A stretch of 64,000 bases of DNA, taken from assembly GCA_024137785.1 (NCBI GenBank), contig JAHRHZ010000105.1, positions 3,730,192 through 3,794,191 of the forward strand, written 5' to 3'. Under the pieces are notes generated by a model. That model worked only from the letters and a program-made list of their open reading frames with translations, was not told the origin of the DNA and searched no databases. Numbering within the stretch: the first letter of the stretch is position 1; every line of letters begins with the position of its first letter. Shown piece after piece: positions 1 to 13,423 of the stretch. The translations under genes were made by a program, and so were the position numbers. This stretch comes from Ginglymostoma cirratum. Its lineage: Eukaryota.

Positions 1-969
1 GCATTGCTAAAAGCCAATGTGCATTCAATGTTTGTTTTGTTTAACCAACTCATGTTCCTTATCAATCAATGTATTGTGCTGTTAGAATGCTCTAGCCACA
101 GTCCGTTATCTCAAAAGAGTTTATGTTGCTGTGAGGGCTCTCAGCTGCTGTGCTCTTTCAGCTGGGTGCCCTGCCAGAATTGGCTGCAGTTGCACATAAA
201 ACATGAACTACATCTGTCTAGAACTGGACAACATATTAATCAAGCTGATGAAGCTCCCCCAGCTCCTCTTTGCACCCAATTATCAGATGATTTATAGAAC
301 TGACCAGAGCGGCAGGACTTGATGGAGTTTACACTCTGTAAGTGATTTACACTGTCCACAGCAAGGCCCTCTAACTGTATGCAACTTCTGAATGCACATT
401 CCCTTGTGAAAGACCAAATGACATGATGACAGATCAGTGGAACACAATACTCTCCTCCTTTCATTGCGTCTGTCTCCAGTATGGATCATGATTGGTGAAA
501 GCCTCTGAGCCAAGTAGCTGCACTGTGGATACGAGAGGTGGTGCTTAATAATAAGTCAAAAAGTATTATATAGCACCTTTAAGGTTGTAAAACTTGTCAC
601 TGAATTAGAATGTTATTAAACACATTTTAGCACCAAGACACAAAAGAATATATTTGGACATGTATCTAAAATCATGGTCAAAGAGGTAGGTTTGAAGGAG
701 GGGAGGGTGTGCAAATGTTTAGGAAGGGGATTCCATTTCACCATATCTACTGAGGCAGTATATTGCTATCTTATTATTTGAAGTGAGATTTTGGAGGTGA
801 TTTGGTTTAATTCTGAAGTTATGTTGCATTTGATACTCTTCCATTTTTTGAAAGTGCCATATATTTTCAGTCTCTGCTTAAGTCTGTCCCCTCTGTTTTC
901 TCTTGAGACGTAGTTTCATCAGTGTTGATCATTCTCTGGTATCCCACTCAAGTGATCATTCTCCATGAA

Positions 970-1360
970 TTTTCACTCCAGAAACTTGAGTGCAAATCAT
1001 TTCCACTACAATACTGAGGGAGAGCAATAAATTCAGAGGTGCTGTCTTTTTGGAAAGATGTTAAACTGACACCCCGTCTTCCGTCTCTTGTGTAATTAAA
1101 GATCCCATGGTACTATGACAAAGAAGAGCAATCAACCAATACCACCCCAAAAAAAAATCTTCCATGCTATATGACTGTATAACTCTATGATTCCGGTTGT
1201 TATTACATTGTTGTTTTCAGGAAATTGCTGTGTACAAATTATGTGCCTCATTTCCTACACAAAGCAGTGTCTACACTTCAAAAAATACTTCATCAACTGT
1301 AAAGAGCTTTTGCACGCTCTGAGTTTGTGAGAAGTGTGATTTAAGGGTAAATCTTTATTT
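970..1360 (+). mobile_element. Deu-domain SINE (SacSINE1/AmnSINE-like)
   Basis: TACTGAGGG...GATGTTAAAC...AAAGATCCCATGG...GAAGAGCA Deu core and TTGCTGTG..CAAATT..TTTCCTAC tail, shared with other copies in this window. Confidence 0.7.
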
Positions 1361-2579
1361 CCTTCATTCCATTACTCACCTCTCTTGGCTTTGATTTCTG
1401 AGGTCAGCTCTGATGGCCAAACCACCCTGCAGATGACATCAATTATCTTTGCACAGATTGGGGATTAAACTGGCAATTGTTGAGGATAGTGCCAATTATC
1501 AGCTGCCAGACCAGCCTCTAACTGTTTGCATCTGCTTCTCATGGCATCGCCAACATTGCTTCAGAGAGCATTTGACATAGTGGATATTTCTGTTAATTGA
1601 ATAGAAATAGAAAAGTTATAACCATTTTCCTCCCACAGCCACTCTTGCTAATGTCTGTTACAAATTGATGCTAGGTAAAAGTGTGAGCCGAATGATTAAG
1701 CATTGTTGCACTAAGCATAGTAACGGTGTGAGCCATTATGTAGCAAATGTATATCTTCTCATTGTTGCTAATTAGCACACTGGGAAGCAATTGAAATAAA
1801 CTGGAATGCAATTCAATGGTCACTTCGAGTACACTTTTTGGACAAGAGTTGTAGATCCATGTGTAGCATTAAAAAAATGATACATGCTCAGGAGTTGCTG
1901 AATTCTTACCATCAGTTAAATTACCAACTGACGTCTGGTATTGATGACCATGTATATTGGCAACATGCACTTTGTGTTACAGGGATATGCTGCAATTTAT
2001 GCAGTTACTGTACCCATCTGAGATGTTAAACCAGTGAATAACGTCTTCTCCATCACCAAGACAGCTTGTCCTGCTGCTACATATTGGCTTAACTTCTGTG
2101 CCTGGGAGTTGCCAATGAGGCAACACATATTGTGCCAAGTGCTAGGATACAGTAACAGATAAACATTGTCAATTCTGCTGCCTGACTGACCAATAATCGT
2201 AATCTTCACATTTAAATTGCCAGAAGAGTCAGTAGGAAGGTAAAGAATTTTTTTTGTTATGCAAGTAATTTTTTTGGATGTGGAGTGCACTTTGACAAAA
2301 GAATTGAGTAAATATTTCAAGGAGAATAATTTGTAAGCCAATTGGGAAAGAGCTGGACAGCCTTCTCAAAGAGTTGACAGGCCTCTACCTGTACTGTTTC
2401 ATTGTATAAATCTACTTTCTACAAGAACCAATGCTCAGGTCTACCAGGGGCTAAATGTGTAGTTGATCATTAATTCTCATTCCCAAATTAATATTTGCTT
2501 AACTCTTCAAATTTCTCTCAGATCTTAGTCCATACCCTTTTCTAAGTGAAGAACATTTCTTCAGCTCTCCTGAACTGTT

Positions 2580-3150
2580 AGCTTGGCTCAATGAGGAGAG
2601 TGGCTAATTCTTCCTGTGGGTGTAGAGGTGTTAGGTTTAAATAGCACTTCTGGGGATTTTAGCATGTAGTGATGCAATACTGTGTGAGTGCTACGTTGTC
2701 ACGATGCTGCTTCACAAGGTGAATCTGTGACTCTGACTGCCCTTTTCAGCTAGAAGCAAAAGAAAACCCTTGTATCCATTGAAAGGAAGGTAACTGTCCT
2801 CCCAATGGTGTGATGAATGTTAATCCCGCAACCAACAATAACAAAGCAATCTGTCCAATCCTCAACCTCATTTATGTTGTGTGATTCATAGAGTGCGAAT
2901 TGGCTGACCTTTGTTTATACAGCAACAGAGGCTTACTTCAGAAATAACTTCCTGTCTGTGAGAGAGATAACAAGGTGTAGAGCTGGATGAACACAGCAAG
3001 CCAAGCAGCATCAGAGGAGCAGAAAAGCTGACGCTTCGGGCCTAGACCCTTCTTCAGAAAATGTAGAGTGTTAGACTTTTTGTCTGTAATGTGTTTTGGG
3101 GTACCCTGAAGAGATGAAAGACACTATCTTAATGCAAGTTACTTCTTTCT
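2580..3150 (+). mobile_element. Deu-domain SINE interrupted by a Penelope-derived end (about 2965-3060)
   Basis: Degenerate tRNA-like head, Deu core and tail; insert GATAACAAGGTGTAGAGCTGGATGAACACAGC...CCCTTCTTCAG. Confidence 0.6.
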
Positions 3151-6100
3151 CTTGAAGGTTCTAAAACTTTTCTCTATACTCCTTTAATGGAAACGATCCC
3201 AGAACAATGAACATTCAGCGACCCTCAGAACCGTTATCCATTTAAACAAAATGTATACTAAAATATGAGAAGAATTAGGCCAGTTTGATTTTTACACACT
3301 GTATTATTAATAAAACTAATTGTGTCACAAAATACCACACCTAAGTGAAGTGATATCGAGTTATCTTATTGAGAGAGTAATCCAGAGATTTGGATTAATA
3401 GTCTAATGGATGTGGGTTTGAAATCTGTCATTGTTAGTGTGCTAATTTTAATTCAGTTGAAAATACTGCTGGTATGAGTAAGAAGTGGCTATGGAGACAT
3501 TGGATTTCTCTGAGAAGTCCAAATGGTTCACTACTCCTTGCTTGGACTATACATTTGACTCCAATTGGACTCAATGGGTTAGATCCTTAACCTCCCTCAT
3601 AACAAATCAACCACATGCATCAAAGTGCTGCAAAGAATTATCTGAGTCAGATAGAAGATTCAACTCCATATTTGTAGGGTATTTAGTGATTGCTGATAAA
3701 TTACATGCTTCCCTGTGGCACCCACATCCCAAGAATGTGTGAAATATAAGTTTGTTTTTTCATTTTTGCTCCTTGGTATTATTTCACTTTGCAATCCATT
3801 GGTTACTGTTAAAAGTAACCACTTCCCATGTGGCTATTTCCATTTAAGTCATCCTAACTTATTTGACATTGTCTGCCAAATGGATCATTGCTTCTTGTGG
3901 CTGCTCTGCAAAAAATCTTTTTTCAAGCTTTCTTTTGATCATCTTCCAATGACTGTGATGAGTTCCAGGACTTGCCACGTTGACTTGTCCATCTAACTGT
4001 TGTCCTGGAAATATGAATGTCCTCGGAGTACTCTCTCATTTGTTGCGTATAAAAGATCCCAGCACTCCAGTTAACAAAACCAGTGATCTGTTGTGGATAG
4101 CTCATTTGAATATGGTTCCTGAGGTCTGTGCATTAATATGGTCCTGAGGTATTAATAGAGTGCTATGACACAAAGACAAACTATTTGGCCCATCAAGTCT
4201 ATACTCATTCTTTCAAAGAGGAAGCCAGTTAATACGACTCTGTTGTTTGTTTTACCATATCTCTGAATTTTTTATGCTAGTTACAAACTCTCCATCTTGT
4301 ATGAATCATGCTTCGAACAATGTTCCCTCTTGGTCCAGAATGATGTTGCAACTAATCCAACATCTAATGGGGACTGGAAGATTAAGAAAGCAAAGAGACT
4401 TTAATGATGAGAATGCTTAAAATAAATGTGAACATAATCCCCCACCACTCCCCGTCATACCCCCTGCATTCTTCATTTTCTATTATGTGCTGGGTTATGG
4501 TTCCATAGATACCATTCCCTCTCTGGTAACTCAATAATTCATGATGTTTGAACTGAAATAGTATCATCAGCAGGGAATTCAGCCATGCCTTGATGTAGCA
4601 TCTACATGTGTAGGCCTTGCAGCAAGGGTCACTTGTATGTGATCAGGAACAGGAATCTCCCTGCATTGTTATCACTGTCTGTAGAGTCATTAGTTAACAC
4701 CAGAGGATATATGATGATGATGTATTAAAAATGCCAGAGTCACATTAGTTAAGAGAGAGATTTGGAAGTGAGCAGATGCTCTAACTGTGTATGACGTGAA
4801 TGTATACAAACATTTTGCTGTAAATAAAGAGTGTGTGTATGAATAGACTTAAGCAGCATATTTTTGGAAGTCTAAACAGCCCCAAGCCTAGAATATACAA
4901 CACGCTACTCTATTCCTCACATTTGCAAATCAGTATTGGGAAATGGGATCGTCCCTCATTCTCAACCATACACTATCATACCATGTAACTCACTTACTCA
5001 CCTGAGAACATTGGGGGAAACTAGAGAAAATGTCTTATGATATTAAAAATAAATGCTCCTTTCATTGAATGTTTTTGCTCTGCAATGAAAGAGTGCACCT
5101 GGATGATCAATTGCGTAGTCAAGGTCAGAGGTTAAGCATCACCTTGAAGCAATGAACAACTTATAAATCATTAGCCGTTTACCATTCTGCCTTCCTGAAA
5201 GCCAAGACAAATATGTACTTACAGAAGTTTGATTTATGTGAATGTGAAGAGTGAAAGAATCTTCTTTTATTCTTTTCAGAGAGATCAAACCTTCTGATAA
5301 AAAGCCCTTCCTTGACCTTCATGCTCATGCTCTAATTTACAAATTGGTTGTGTGACGAGAATGTTTTCTTAGAGTTCCCCACAAGGTGGGAGTGCCTTTC
5401 TGACTGAGGATCCCCTTGCTTCCAGACACAGAGGAGACTGGTGCAGGTGTGAAAAGCAAGAGCAAAAGGTGTGCATTAGTGTAACTTAAATGATAGATTT
5501 TTCCTATTTGTTGGATGGAAGCTGCAGTTATTACCAGTCCCTAAATGGTGAGCTACATTTTTAGCAGCTGACTGGCTACTAGCTTAAGTTAATCACATTG
5601 TAGTGTATTTTGAGTCACATGTAGGACAGGACAGCAGATTTCCTGCCTACTGTACACAGTTGAGTAGATTTTTTTTATGTGACAGTCCACCAATGTGGTC
5701 ATTATTGCTGATATTAGCTTTATATTCCAAATCACTTAATTAGTTGAATTCTAATTTACCAGCTGGTACAGGAGGACTTAAATTCCTTGTTGCCAGAATA
5801 TTAGTTCAGACCTCTGGATTAATAATCTACTCACTTCACCATTCTCCCTTGTAGCCTAAGCTATAGTGCAGGTAACAGACTTGAATTGTCTCAGCTGGTG
5901 GTAATATTGGACAAGACAGATCTCAGAGGGAAATGTGGTTTCATGGATCATAATTTTATTTTTGTAGTTACCAGAATGGTCAATCACTGAACATATTCAC
6001 ATGAGGCTACCGATGCTGTTTATTACCAAAGAACACAAATTTATTACACAAAAGAAAGCATGTCTAAATATTAATTATGGAAAGATCTTAAATGGCAAAA

Positions 6101-7290
6101 AAAAAAGTTTTCTTAGCAATATCCTTTACATAAACTCAGCCTCAGTGAACTTTTTCTCTTAACTCTATAATTTCTTGCTCAACTGATGAAGTTGCAAGCA
6201 TTTCCTTTTGGTGACTTGTACTTTCAACAGATATCATTCGTTTTGTTTCTGTCTCTCCCTAAGACACATGGACAGCAATAACTTCTCTGACCTTTCTGAT
6301 TTCAACTTTAAAAAAGGAATTTTCTACTTAAGCCGCAGTATCAGTTTGAAGACTTCTATCCAACTCTGAAAGCCTGAACTGCCACAAACTAAACTGCCTT
6401 TCTACTAGAATGACTTGTCTTCTTCTGAGCCCAGCATACTATTGGTCCCGACAATCTGTTTTTATGTATGTCCTAAAAGATCAACATTGTAAACATTCCA
6501 CAATTAATTGCTCAGTTGATTGAAACATTTAATTTAAGTTACATACTTTCTCTGCAATAGGCATTAATTCACATTTAAAAATGACTGTCTGAGCTCTTAA
6601 AACAACTTGTTACATTCATAGACCTAAAGCCAAAAATGCTTCTACTTTACAATCCAAATTCCCAAATGATGATATTATGTTTCAGCCCTTATGGCAGTAT
6701 ATGAATTCACACTTATTGCCCAGGTGTTACCTGGGTGTTTAAGTAACTACCAATGCAACTTAGCGGAGCAGACTTTTAAACATTCTATTTGAACTTCTCT
6801 ATGGAAACAGATTGAAATCCTCTTTACGTTGCAAACGGCTCAACTTGACTGTACGCTATGCTGGAGCTCTCAGGTCCGTGAAATCTATCCCATTCACAGT
6901 GTAAAGTTAATTTTGGAGCACTTTTCATAGCCCCGGTACAACTGATCATGTTTTTCACTTTCCGACAGTCAAACTTCCTCGATGTCAGGGGAAATCTCTA
7001 CTCACTCCTTATTGTCGCTATTAATGTTCTACCCACTGCCAGCCGGAAAGAATTGTGACCTTGACACTGTCCAACAACTGCTGGTGTGAGGAGGGGAGGG
7101 ACTGAAGAAACTTTGAAAAACTATCACCCGAGCAGTTTTGTCTCTCTTCTGGAGTGATTGTAGTTCGATGCTGCAGCCAAACAAGCCCTCCCTTCGGTGG
7201 AATTGTTTCAACATAAAAGACAATAATATATATCATATATAATTCACTCACAGCAGCTGTCTTTGAGTTGGGATAACTATTTCTGACATC

Positions 7291-8695
7291 ATGCCGTTGA
7301 GTGGAAAGTTTGACTTGTTCGATTGTGCCATCGAAGACCGGGACCAGTATGTGGAAAGAATGTATTTTTTTCCAGGCAGATAGAAAGCAACGAGTAATTC
7401 TCCTGACAGCTTGTGGACCCGCAGCTTTTTTGGTTATTTGGAACCTAATTTTCCCTGAGGCACCAGAAACTAAAACCTTTCAGGAGTTTATGGATTTAGT
7501 TCAGGAATATTACAAGCCCAAGCCTCCTTTAATTCTGAGATTCTTTCAGTTTTACTCAGCAAATCAAAAACCAGGGGAATCTGCACTTGGATTTTTGACT
7601 AGGTTACGATGACTGACAGAGGCATGTGACTTTAGTTTAACTCTTAATGAAATACTGAGACACTGTTTGGTGTGTGGGATTAATGATGTAACCATGCAAA
7701 TGCGCCTATTAGGTGAAGCCCAATTGGACTTCAAACAGGCACTACAATTGGCTTTGTGATTGTAAAATGCAGCAAGTGAAGCATATGAGTTGCAGGGTAT
7801 TCCGATGGAAGTGGACAACCTCACCAGTCTGACTGAGTTTGAGGAACACCAGTTGAGTGAAGGCAATTGCATAGTCTCACTCAGGACATATCTAGAACAG
7901 AGGGACTCTATGTCAGCCCACAGAAAAACAAAGCCAAGCCTTGGCCAAGGGGTTAAAATTTTCTTCATGATCTGTGCTGAAATGACATTGTAATTGTTGC
8001 TGGTATGTGTATGCGAGACAGCAAAAGAGTCCTTCTAAATCTAAATGGAGTAGAAGAATGCGTAAGCCTGTATACAGGAGGGTGCACACCCTGGAGATGC
8101 CTGCTACATCTTTTCTGGCATAGCTAAATTGCTTAGAACATCCAAATCGGAACCAATCAAAATAAACATCTGGTTAAATGGACACCCAGTTCTAATGGAG
8201 GTTGATACTGGCAAGTTGTTTCAGTGATTGCAGAGCCAAAATTCACTCTGGACTCCAACTCTTATGTTTGCACAAGACTTCACCTAGACTGAGAACCTAT
8301 ACCGGGGAACCTTTACAGGTTAAGGGCACAACTTCGGTTCCAGTCTCTTATGAGAAGCAACTGGTTTAGCTCCCACTGATTATAGCAAAAGGCTCAGGCC
8401 CAAACCTGATGGGCCAAAATAGGTTGAGAAAGATTCACTTTGATTGATTCAATGCTTTTCAGTTAGAAAATGACTGCCTGACTGATGTCCTAATTAAATA
8501 CACAGAAGATTTTCAGGAAGTTCTAGGGACTATCGAAGGAGTCAAGGCCATCTTACATATTGACCAGGAAGCAATTCCACAATTCTGCAATGTCTGTCAG
8601 TGCCATTTGCCTTATGGGCAAAAGTAAAAGCAGAAATTGGGAGGCTGGAAAATGAAGGAATCATCAAAGCAGTTCAGTTTACTAAATGGGCAATA
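7291..8695 (+). mobile_element. Decayed Gypsy/Ty3 (K02A2.6-like) LTR retrotransposon gag-protease-RT fragment
   Basis: Gag motifs ILLTACG, QKPGES, LVCGIND; aspartic protease LNGHPVLMEVDTG; RT start PFALWAKVKAEIGRLENEGII. Contains stops and frameshifts and is truncated. Confidence 0.85.
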
Positions 8696-8838
8696 TTCAG
8701 TTGTACTAATGGTGAAGATTGTGTATTAACGTCTATGAACAGGTTAATTAGAAAATATCTACAGAGTTGTGATGAAGGAGGTTTATGAAGGTTCCCAGTT
8801 GTTCATCTCCACATTAAAACTATCTATTGCTGACTCTT

Positions 8839-9020
8839 GGAGGAACACAGCAGGCCAGGCAGCATCAGAGGAGCAAGAAAGTTGACGTTTCAGGTCGGGA
8901 CCCTTCTTTTGACCTGAAATGTCAGCTTACCTGCTCCTCTGATGCTGCCTGGCCTAATGTGTTCCTCCAGCTCCACACTGTATTATCCCTGACTGCAGCA
9001 TCAGCAATTCTTACTATCTC
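8839..9020. mobile_element. Palindromic Penelope-derived element (inverted ends)
   Basis: Arms of about 58 bp (about 8839-8897 and 8911-8969) are reverse complements; same family as the copies at 2965, 18336, 23423 and 24690. Confidence 0.7.
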
Positions 9021-9159
9021 TGTTGCTGACTCTGTGTGCTTTTGTTTCTTCCAGATTTAACAATTCCAATGTTCTCCTGGACAGTCTGTTAGCTTTAAAC
9101 CTCTGAACATATGAGTTCAGCCATGACACTTTCACCCACTTCCTAACATACAGTCTTAG

Positions 9160-9935
9160 TGTTAGTTATGGTTCTCTGAGTAATGCTATTAACTCTGAGT
9201 GCAAAGATTTTTGGTTAAAATCCCACACTAGAAACTTAAGCACACAATCTCAAGTGATGGTTCAGCGCAATTCTGAGGATGTGGGACGCTATTGGAGGCG
9301 TCTGGCAACACTCAGGTTGATGCTAATGATGCCATGGGCTATTTGAAGAATATCAAGGAAATTTTCCCCAGTATAGTAAACACAAAGAACTGTGAATGCT
9401 GGAAATCTGAAACAAAAACAGAAAGTGTTGGACAAATTCAATAGGTCTGGCAGCATCCGCTGACAGAAAAGCAGAGCTAACATTTTAAGTCCAGTAACTC
9501 TTTATCAGAACTGACAATATCTGGTATTTATACTGATGCTTATGTTCTCTCTCTGGGCTTTGTCTCCACATCCTCTATTTATTCCCCCTTCACCTCATCG
9601 TCAGCATAAATGCCATCATTTCCAGCTATTGTCAGTTCTGATGAATGGTCGTGGGATTCAAAATGCTGACTCTGTTTTTCTCACAACAGATACAATGTTT
9701 CTCCAGCACTCTTGTTTTTGATAGAGCTTTTCCCAGTATCTTGGCTAATATTTAACTTTCAACCAAGATTATTTGACAAGTTTGCTGCTTATGGGAGCTT
9801 GCTGTGCACAAATTGGCTTCAGCATTTCCTACATTGCCACACTGACTGCACTTCAGATTTATTGTTTCAGCAGTAATAGAACACTTTGGAACATCCTGAG
9901 ATTGTGACAGGCGTTGTATAAATGCAGTTTCATTC
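9160..9935 (+). mobile_element. Deu-domain SINE with nested inverted Penelope-derived element (about 9378-9720)
   Basis: SINE head, core and tail interrupted; the insert has inverted arms with degenerate CTGATGA...AAAATG motifs; TTTTCCC(C)AGTAT is repeated on both sides. Confidence 0.7.
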
Positions 9936-10657
9936 TTGATTGCTGTGGAGTTTCATTAGTCAGTGTGATCGGGAAGAGAAACTTGGAAAGAATTAAGATG
10001 TGGCTGAGTCAGTGAAGTATGTATGTTAGATGCCAGGCATGTCTTGGAATGATACTGCCTGTAACATTCCTGCAGGGCAAGGCACAGAGTGCAATCTTCG
10101 GCTTGTTTCTGTGAAACATTTTCACAGCTAAAAGATATGGGTTATTTCTGGCAGATTAAGGCCACTAACTCAAAATGTTGTTAACCTTCAGAGTACCAAT
10201 GAAGGAGTTGTGATTAAAGTATTTCAAAGTTATAATTGGTAACTGTAATTTTGAAAGTTGTTATCGTGTTCATAGACAGCAGTCCCCACTTATTTTTATT
10301 CAAAGTTTTCCTTTATTTCCATTCACTCTCCAACAATGTTTCAACAGACATAAACTCTCTTTTTAAAATAAAATTTTACTTTCCACTTATGTCTATGGTC
10401 TCCTGGTGTAGAGCTATAGTTCAAAATGTTTTGAATACATTTTCATCGCCACTCAAGCAAATGTAAGAATTCAGGTTGTATAATAATGCTGAGTGTAAAT
10501 CCACTAATACCTCATCACCGGGACTGACAAGTTCAACATTTTGAAGAAAAACTGGCCAATTCACAGAGAATGTTTTGTTTAAAACATCTACAGCTCCGCA
10601 CCTAGTCCAACCTCTTTTCCCATTCTGGACTTCATAACCCTAACATTATGGCACATT

Positions 10658-11195
10658 GTGTCAGCTGTGGTTCAGAGTGTACTGCTTTTACTGCCGAATC
10701 AGATGACGGTGCTTTCAAGTCCCACTCCACATATCTGAGCACAAATCTAGGCTGACAATTCCAACGCAATACTGAGGGATTGCTGCACTATCAAACAAGA
10801 TGTTAAAATTGACCCTCTCTGCCCTCCCATCTATACAAAAAACAGCCCATTACATTATCTTGAAGAAAATTATGGGAACTAAACTAATTGGTCTAATTTA
10901 TCCTAAATTATATGGTCATTATTCCAAGCAGAGTAGCATAACATCGCTTCATCTGAGGGTCCACTGATGATGTCACCTAGCATGGTGACGAAACATCTGA
11001 ACAAGAACAAGCCAGGTCGGCAAGCAAGTCAACAATCTCATCATTATCATATTGTTGTTTCTGGGATTTTGTTATTCATATACTGTTACACCTGTTAAGC
11101 AGCCTAAAATATGACTGTTAAAGTGTCCACACTTCAAAAGTATTTTGGCACATCCTAAAGTCATAATGACTCTATATGAATGTGTGTCTTTCTTT
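10658..11195 (+). mobile_element. Deu-domain SINE with nested Penelope 3' fragment (10923-11040)
   Basis: tRNA-like head TTCAAGTCCCACTCC, Deu core and tail; insert flanked by TSD TCATTAT (10916-10922 and 11041-11047). Confidence 0.75.
10959..11002 (+). ncRNA. Minimal hammerhead ribozyme motif (Penelope-type, degenerate)
   Basis: GTCCA-CTGATGA-T-GTCACC-tagcat-GGTGAC-GAAAC-ATC-TGAAC: CUGANGA and GAAA core, 6-bp stem II, stem I paired at 4 of 5 positions. Confidence 0.65.
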
Positions 11196-12372
11196 TTACT
11201 ACACCCCTGAATAGAATGACTCCAATTTTCAGCCAATTTTGAGTTTATATTGAATGTCATTTTCACATTCAACTGAGCATACTGGCCTATGATGTGGTGT
11301 CAGTGGAACCCCTGTGCTAGCTGCATGACCGTTTTAACTTAGGTTCTATATTTAAGCATCCTTTCCAATGTCTTGAATATTATTGTCTGTTACAATGTCA
11401 GGCATCTTTAACACTGTGTGAGAAAATCTGTGCTTCAGTTTTGAGAGCGAACTAATAGCAGTGCTGGTTTGAAGCTTGTGTACACACCAATGCAAAGAGT
11501 TTTCTTCACAAAGAAAAATTCTCATTAATCTTTTTCATTTATTTTGCCCCATCCTCTTACAGATTCCTGCCCTCCCTCTCAACAACCCTTTCACATGGTG
11601 TGCTGGCTACAAATTTGTAAAAGTACAAATTGTAAAGTACACTCCTGCCTGGGCAACACATTTCACTTAATGTACAATAATGTTCAGTGTTGATGTACTC
11701 ACATTTTCTCCTTGCAACTGATGGGTTGAATAATTTGAAAAAAGTATTACCCAATTCACAGAGAACATTCTTCTAAATAATTCACCTGCCCACTGTTGCC
11801 AGATGACCCAGAAATTAGTTCAGGGATAAATTACACTTAAGTAGAGTGGCGTGCACATCCCCTCTTCATGCTATCTCCTGCTCACTCAGCACCCTTAAGT
11901 GTTCTCACACTCTTGACCCATCAGGTTCATATGGATTAAAGTCTCGTTGCAGCTCTTCAGACCATGGCACCAGCTGAGCTGTATCTTGATAAAGTTGCAA
12001 GGGAGACAATCCAATGCAATAATGTCAAGTGAGACTTGTAGTTTACATCCTGCCATTGCTTTCAAATGAGATCATGTAATTGGGATTTTCTAAATCCCAA
12101 TTTTGCTAATCTTTTATTTAGTTGACTCTTACAGGGATTCAGTTCCATGATCAGATAAACTTATGAGATTTAGTCTGAATGTTTTATGTTTAATTTAAGC
12201 CTAAACAGTGGGGATCTGTGGCTATTTGACAGTAAGAAGAATCATAGCCAATAAAAAGCAATGCCAATTTGCTGAAAAACACTTTGAGACATCCAGACTT
12301 TCTGAAAGGCTCAATATAAATGTAGGTCCTTTCTTTCAATTATTGCTAGTTTTGCATTCAATGATCAGTTTT

Positions 12373-12910
12373 CCATGATGTGGAGGTGCCAGTGTTAGAC
12401 TTTAGTGCACAAGGTCAAAAATCGCACAACACCAGGTTATAGTCCAAAAAGTTTATTTGAAAACACAAGCTTTCAGAGTCTCACTCCTTCTTCAGATGTC
12501 AGTGAGAGAGGTGGCATCAGACACAGAATTTATAAGCAAAGGATCGAAGGGTCATAGAACTGATGTGAATGTATTGAACAAACCTAAGATGGCAGTTAAA
12601 TCTTTAATCAGTTAGAAAGGAGATCCAGGTTTCAATTGATTAATATGCAAATCCCAGAATTTCTTTCAAGTCACTGCCCTGAGATAACTAAAGATTTTAT
12701 CAGTATACCAGAGGTGACATCTCAGGTCAGACAATGCATTTTAGGTGTGAGGCCTTGTGTAGAATCTGTCTGTGTTTTAACTTGGAGTCAGACTGGTTTT
12801 ATTTCCAAAGTAAGAATTTATAAAATGCCACATTGACTGTCTACAAATTGTGGGCACTTTGAAAAAGATAGAGCGTATCTGCAATTACAAATTCACCCCA
12901 TAGATTAGCA
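12373..12910 (-). mobile_element. Penelope-like element 3' region
   Basis: Typical shark PLE end (CACAACACCAGGTTATAGTCCAA...AAGCTTTC) containing a hammerhead motif; adjoins (TG)n at 12911-12935. Confidence 0.65.
12462..12500 (-). ncRNA. Minimal hammerhead ribozyme motif, core intact
   Basis: GACAU-CUGAAGA-A-GGAGU-gag-ACUCU-GAAA-GCUU-GUGUU: stems I and II pair (with G-U), and palindromic AAGCUU replaces stem III. Confidence 0.65.
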
Positions 12911-13107
12911 TGTGTGTGTGTGTGTGTGTGTGTGTTCCAGACTCTGGCATTATCAATGATGAGTTCCACCAGCATCAAGAACATTATGTACCGGTAATTA
13001 GGGTTGATATGAATTTGGACTTGACACAGAAGGCTATGCTGCCAAACAAGGGATTTTTTTTTTCCTTTGATTGTAATAACATATCTCAGAGGACTGTACA
13101 CTAATTA

Positions 13108-13423
13108 TCATAGAATCCCTACAGTGTGGAAACAATCCCTTCAGCCCAGCAAGTCCACAGTGACCCTCAGAGCATCCCACCCAGAGCCATCCCCCTATAA
13201 CACATTTTATCTACACATCCCTGGACACTATGGGCAATTTAGCATGGCCAATCCACCTAACCTGCACATCTTTGGACTGTGGGAGGAAACCAGAACACCC
13301 ATAGGAAACTCGTGCAGACACAGGGAGAATGTATAAACTCCACACAGACAGTTGCCCGAGGGTGGAATTGAACCCCTGGTGCTGTGAGGCAGCAGTGCTA
13401 ACCACTGAGCCACCGTACCACCC
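13108..13423 (-). mobile_element. HE1-type V-SINE (elasmobranch), near full length
   Basis: Minus strand tRNA head GGTGGCTCAGTGGTTAGCACTGCTGCCTCACAG, V-domain CCTCCCACAGTCCAAAGATGTGCAGGTTAGG, CR1-type tail ...GTAGGGATTCTATGA. Confidence 0.85.

Noticed and set aside
240-513. Two overlapping Cys-rich minus-strand ORFs after a plausible acceptor
   Set aside because: No recognisable domain and no consistent upstream exon phase.
4712-4902. Possible solo LTR (TG...CA with AATAAA)
   Set aside because: No target-site duplication and no second copy in the window.
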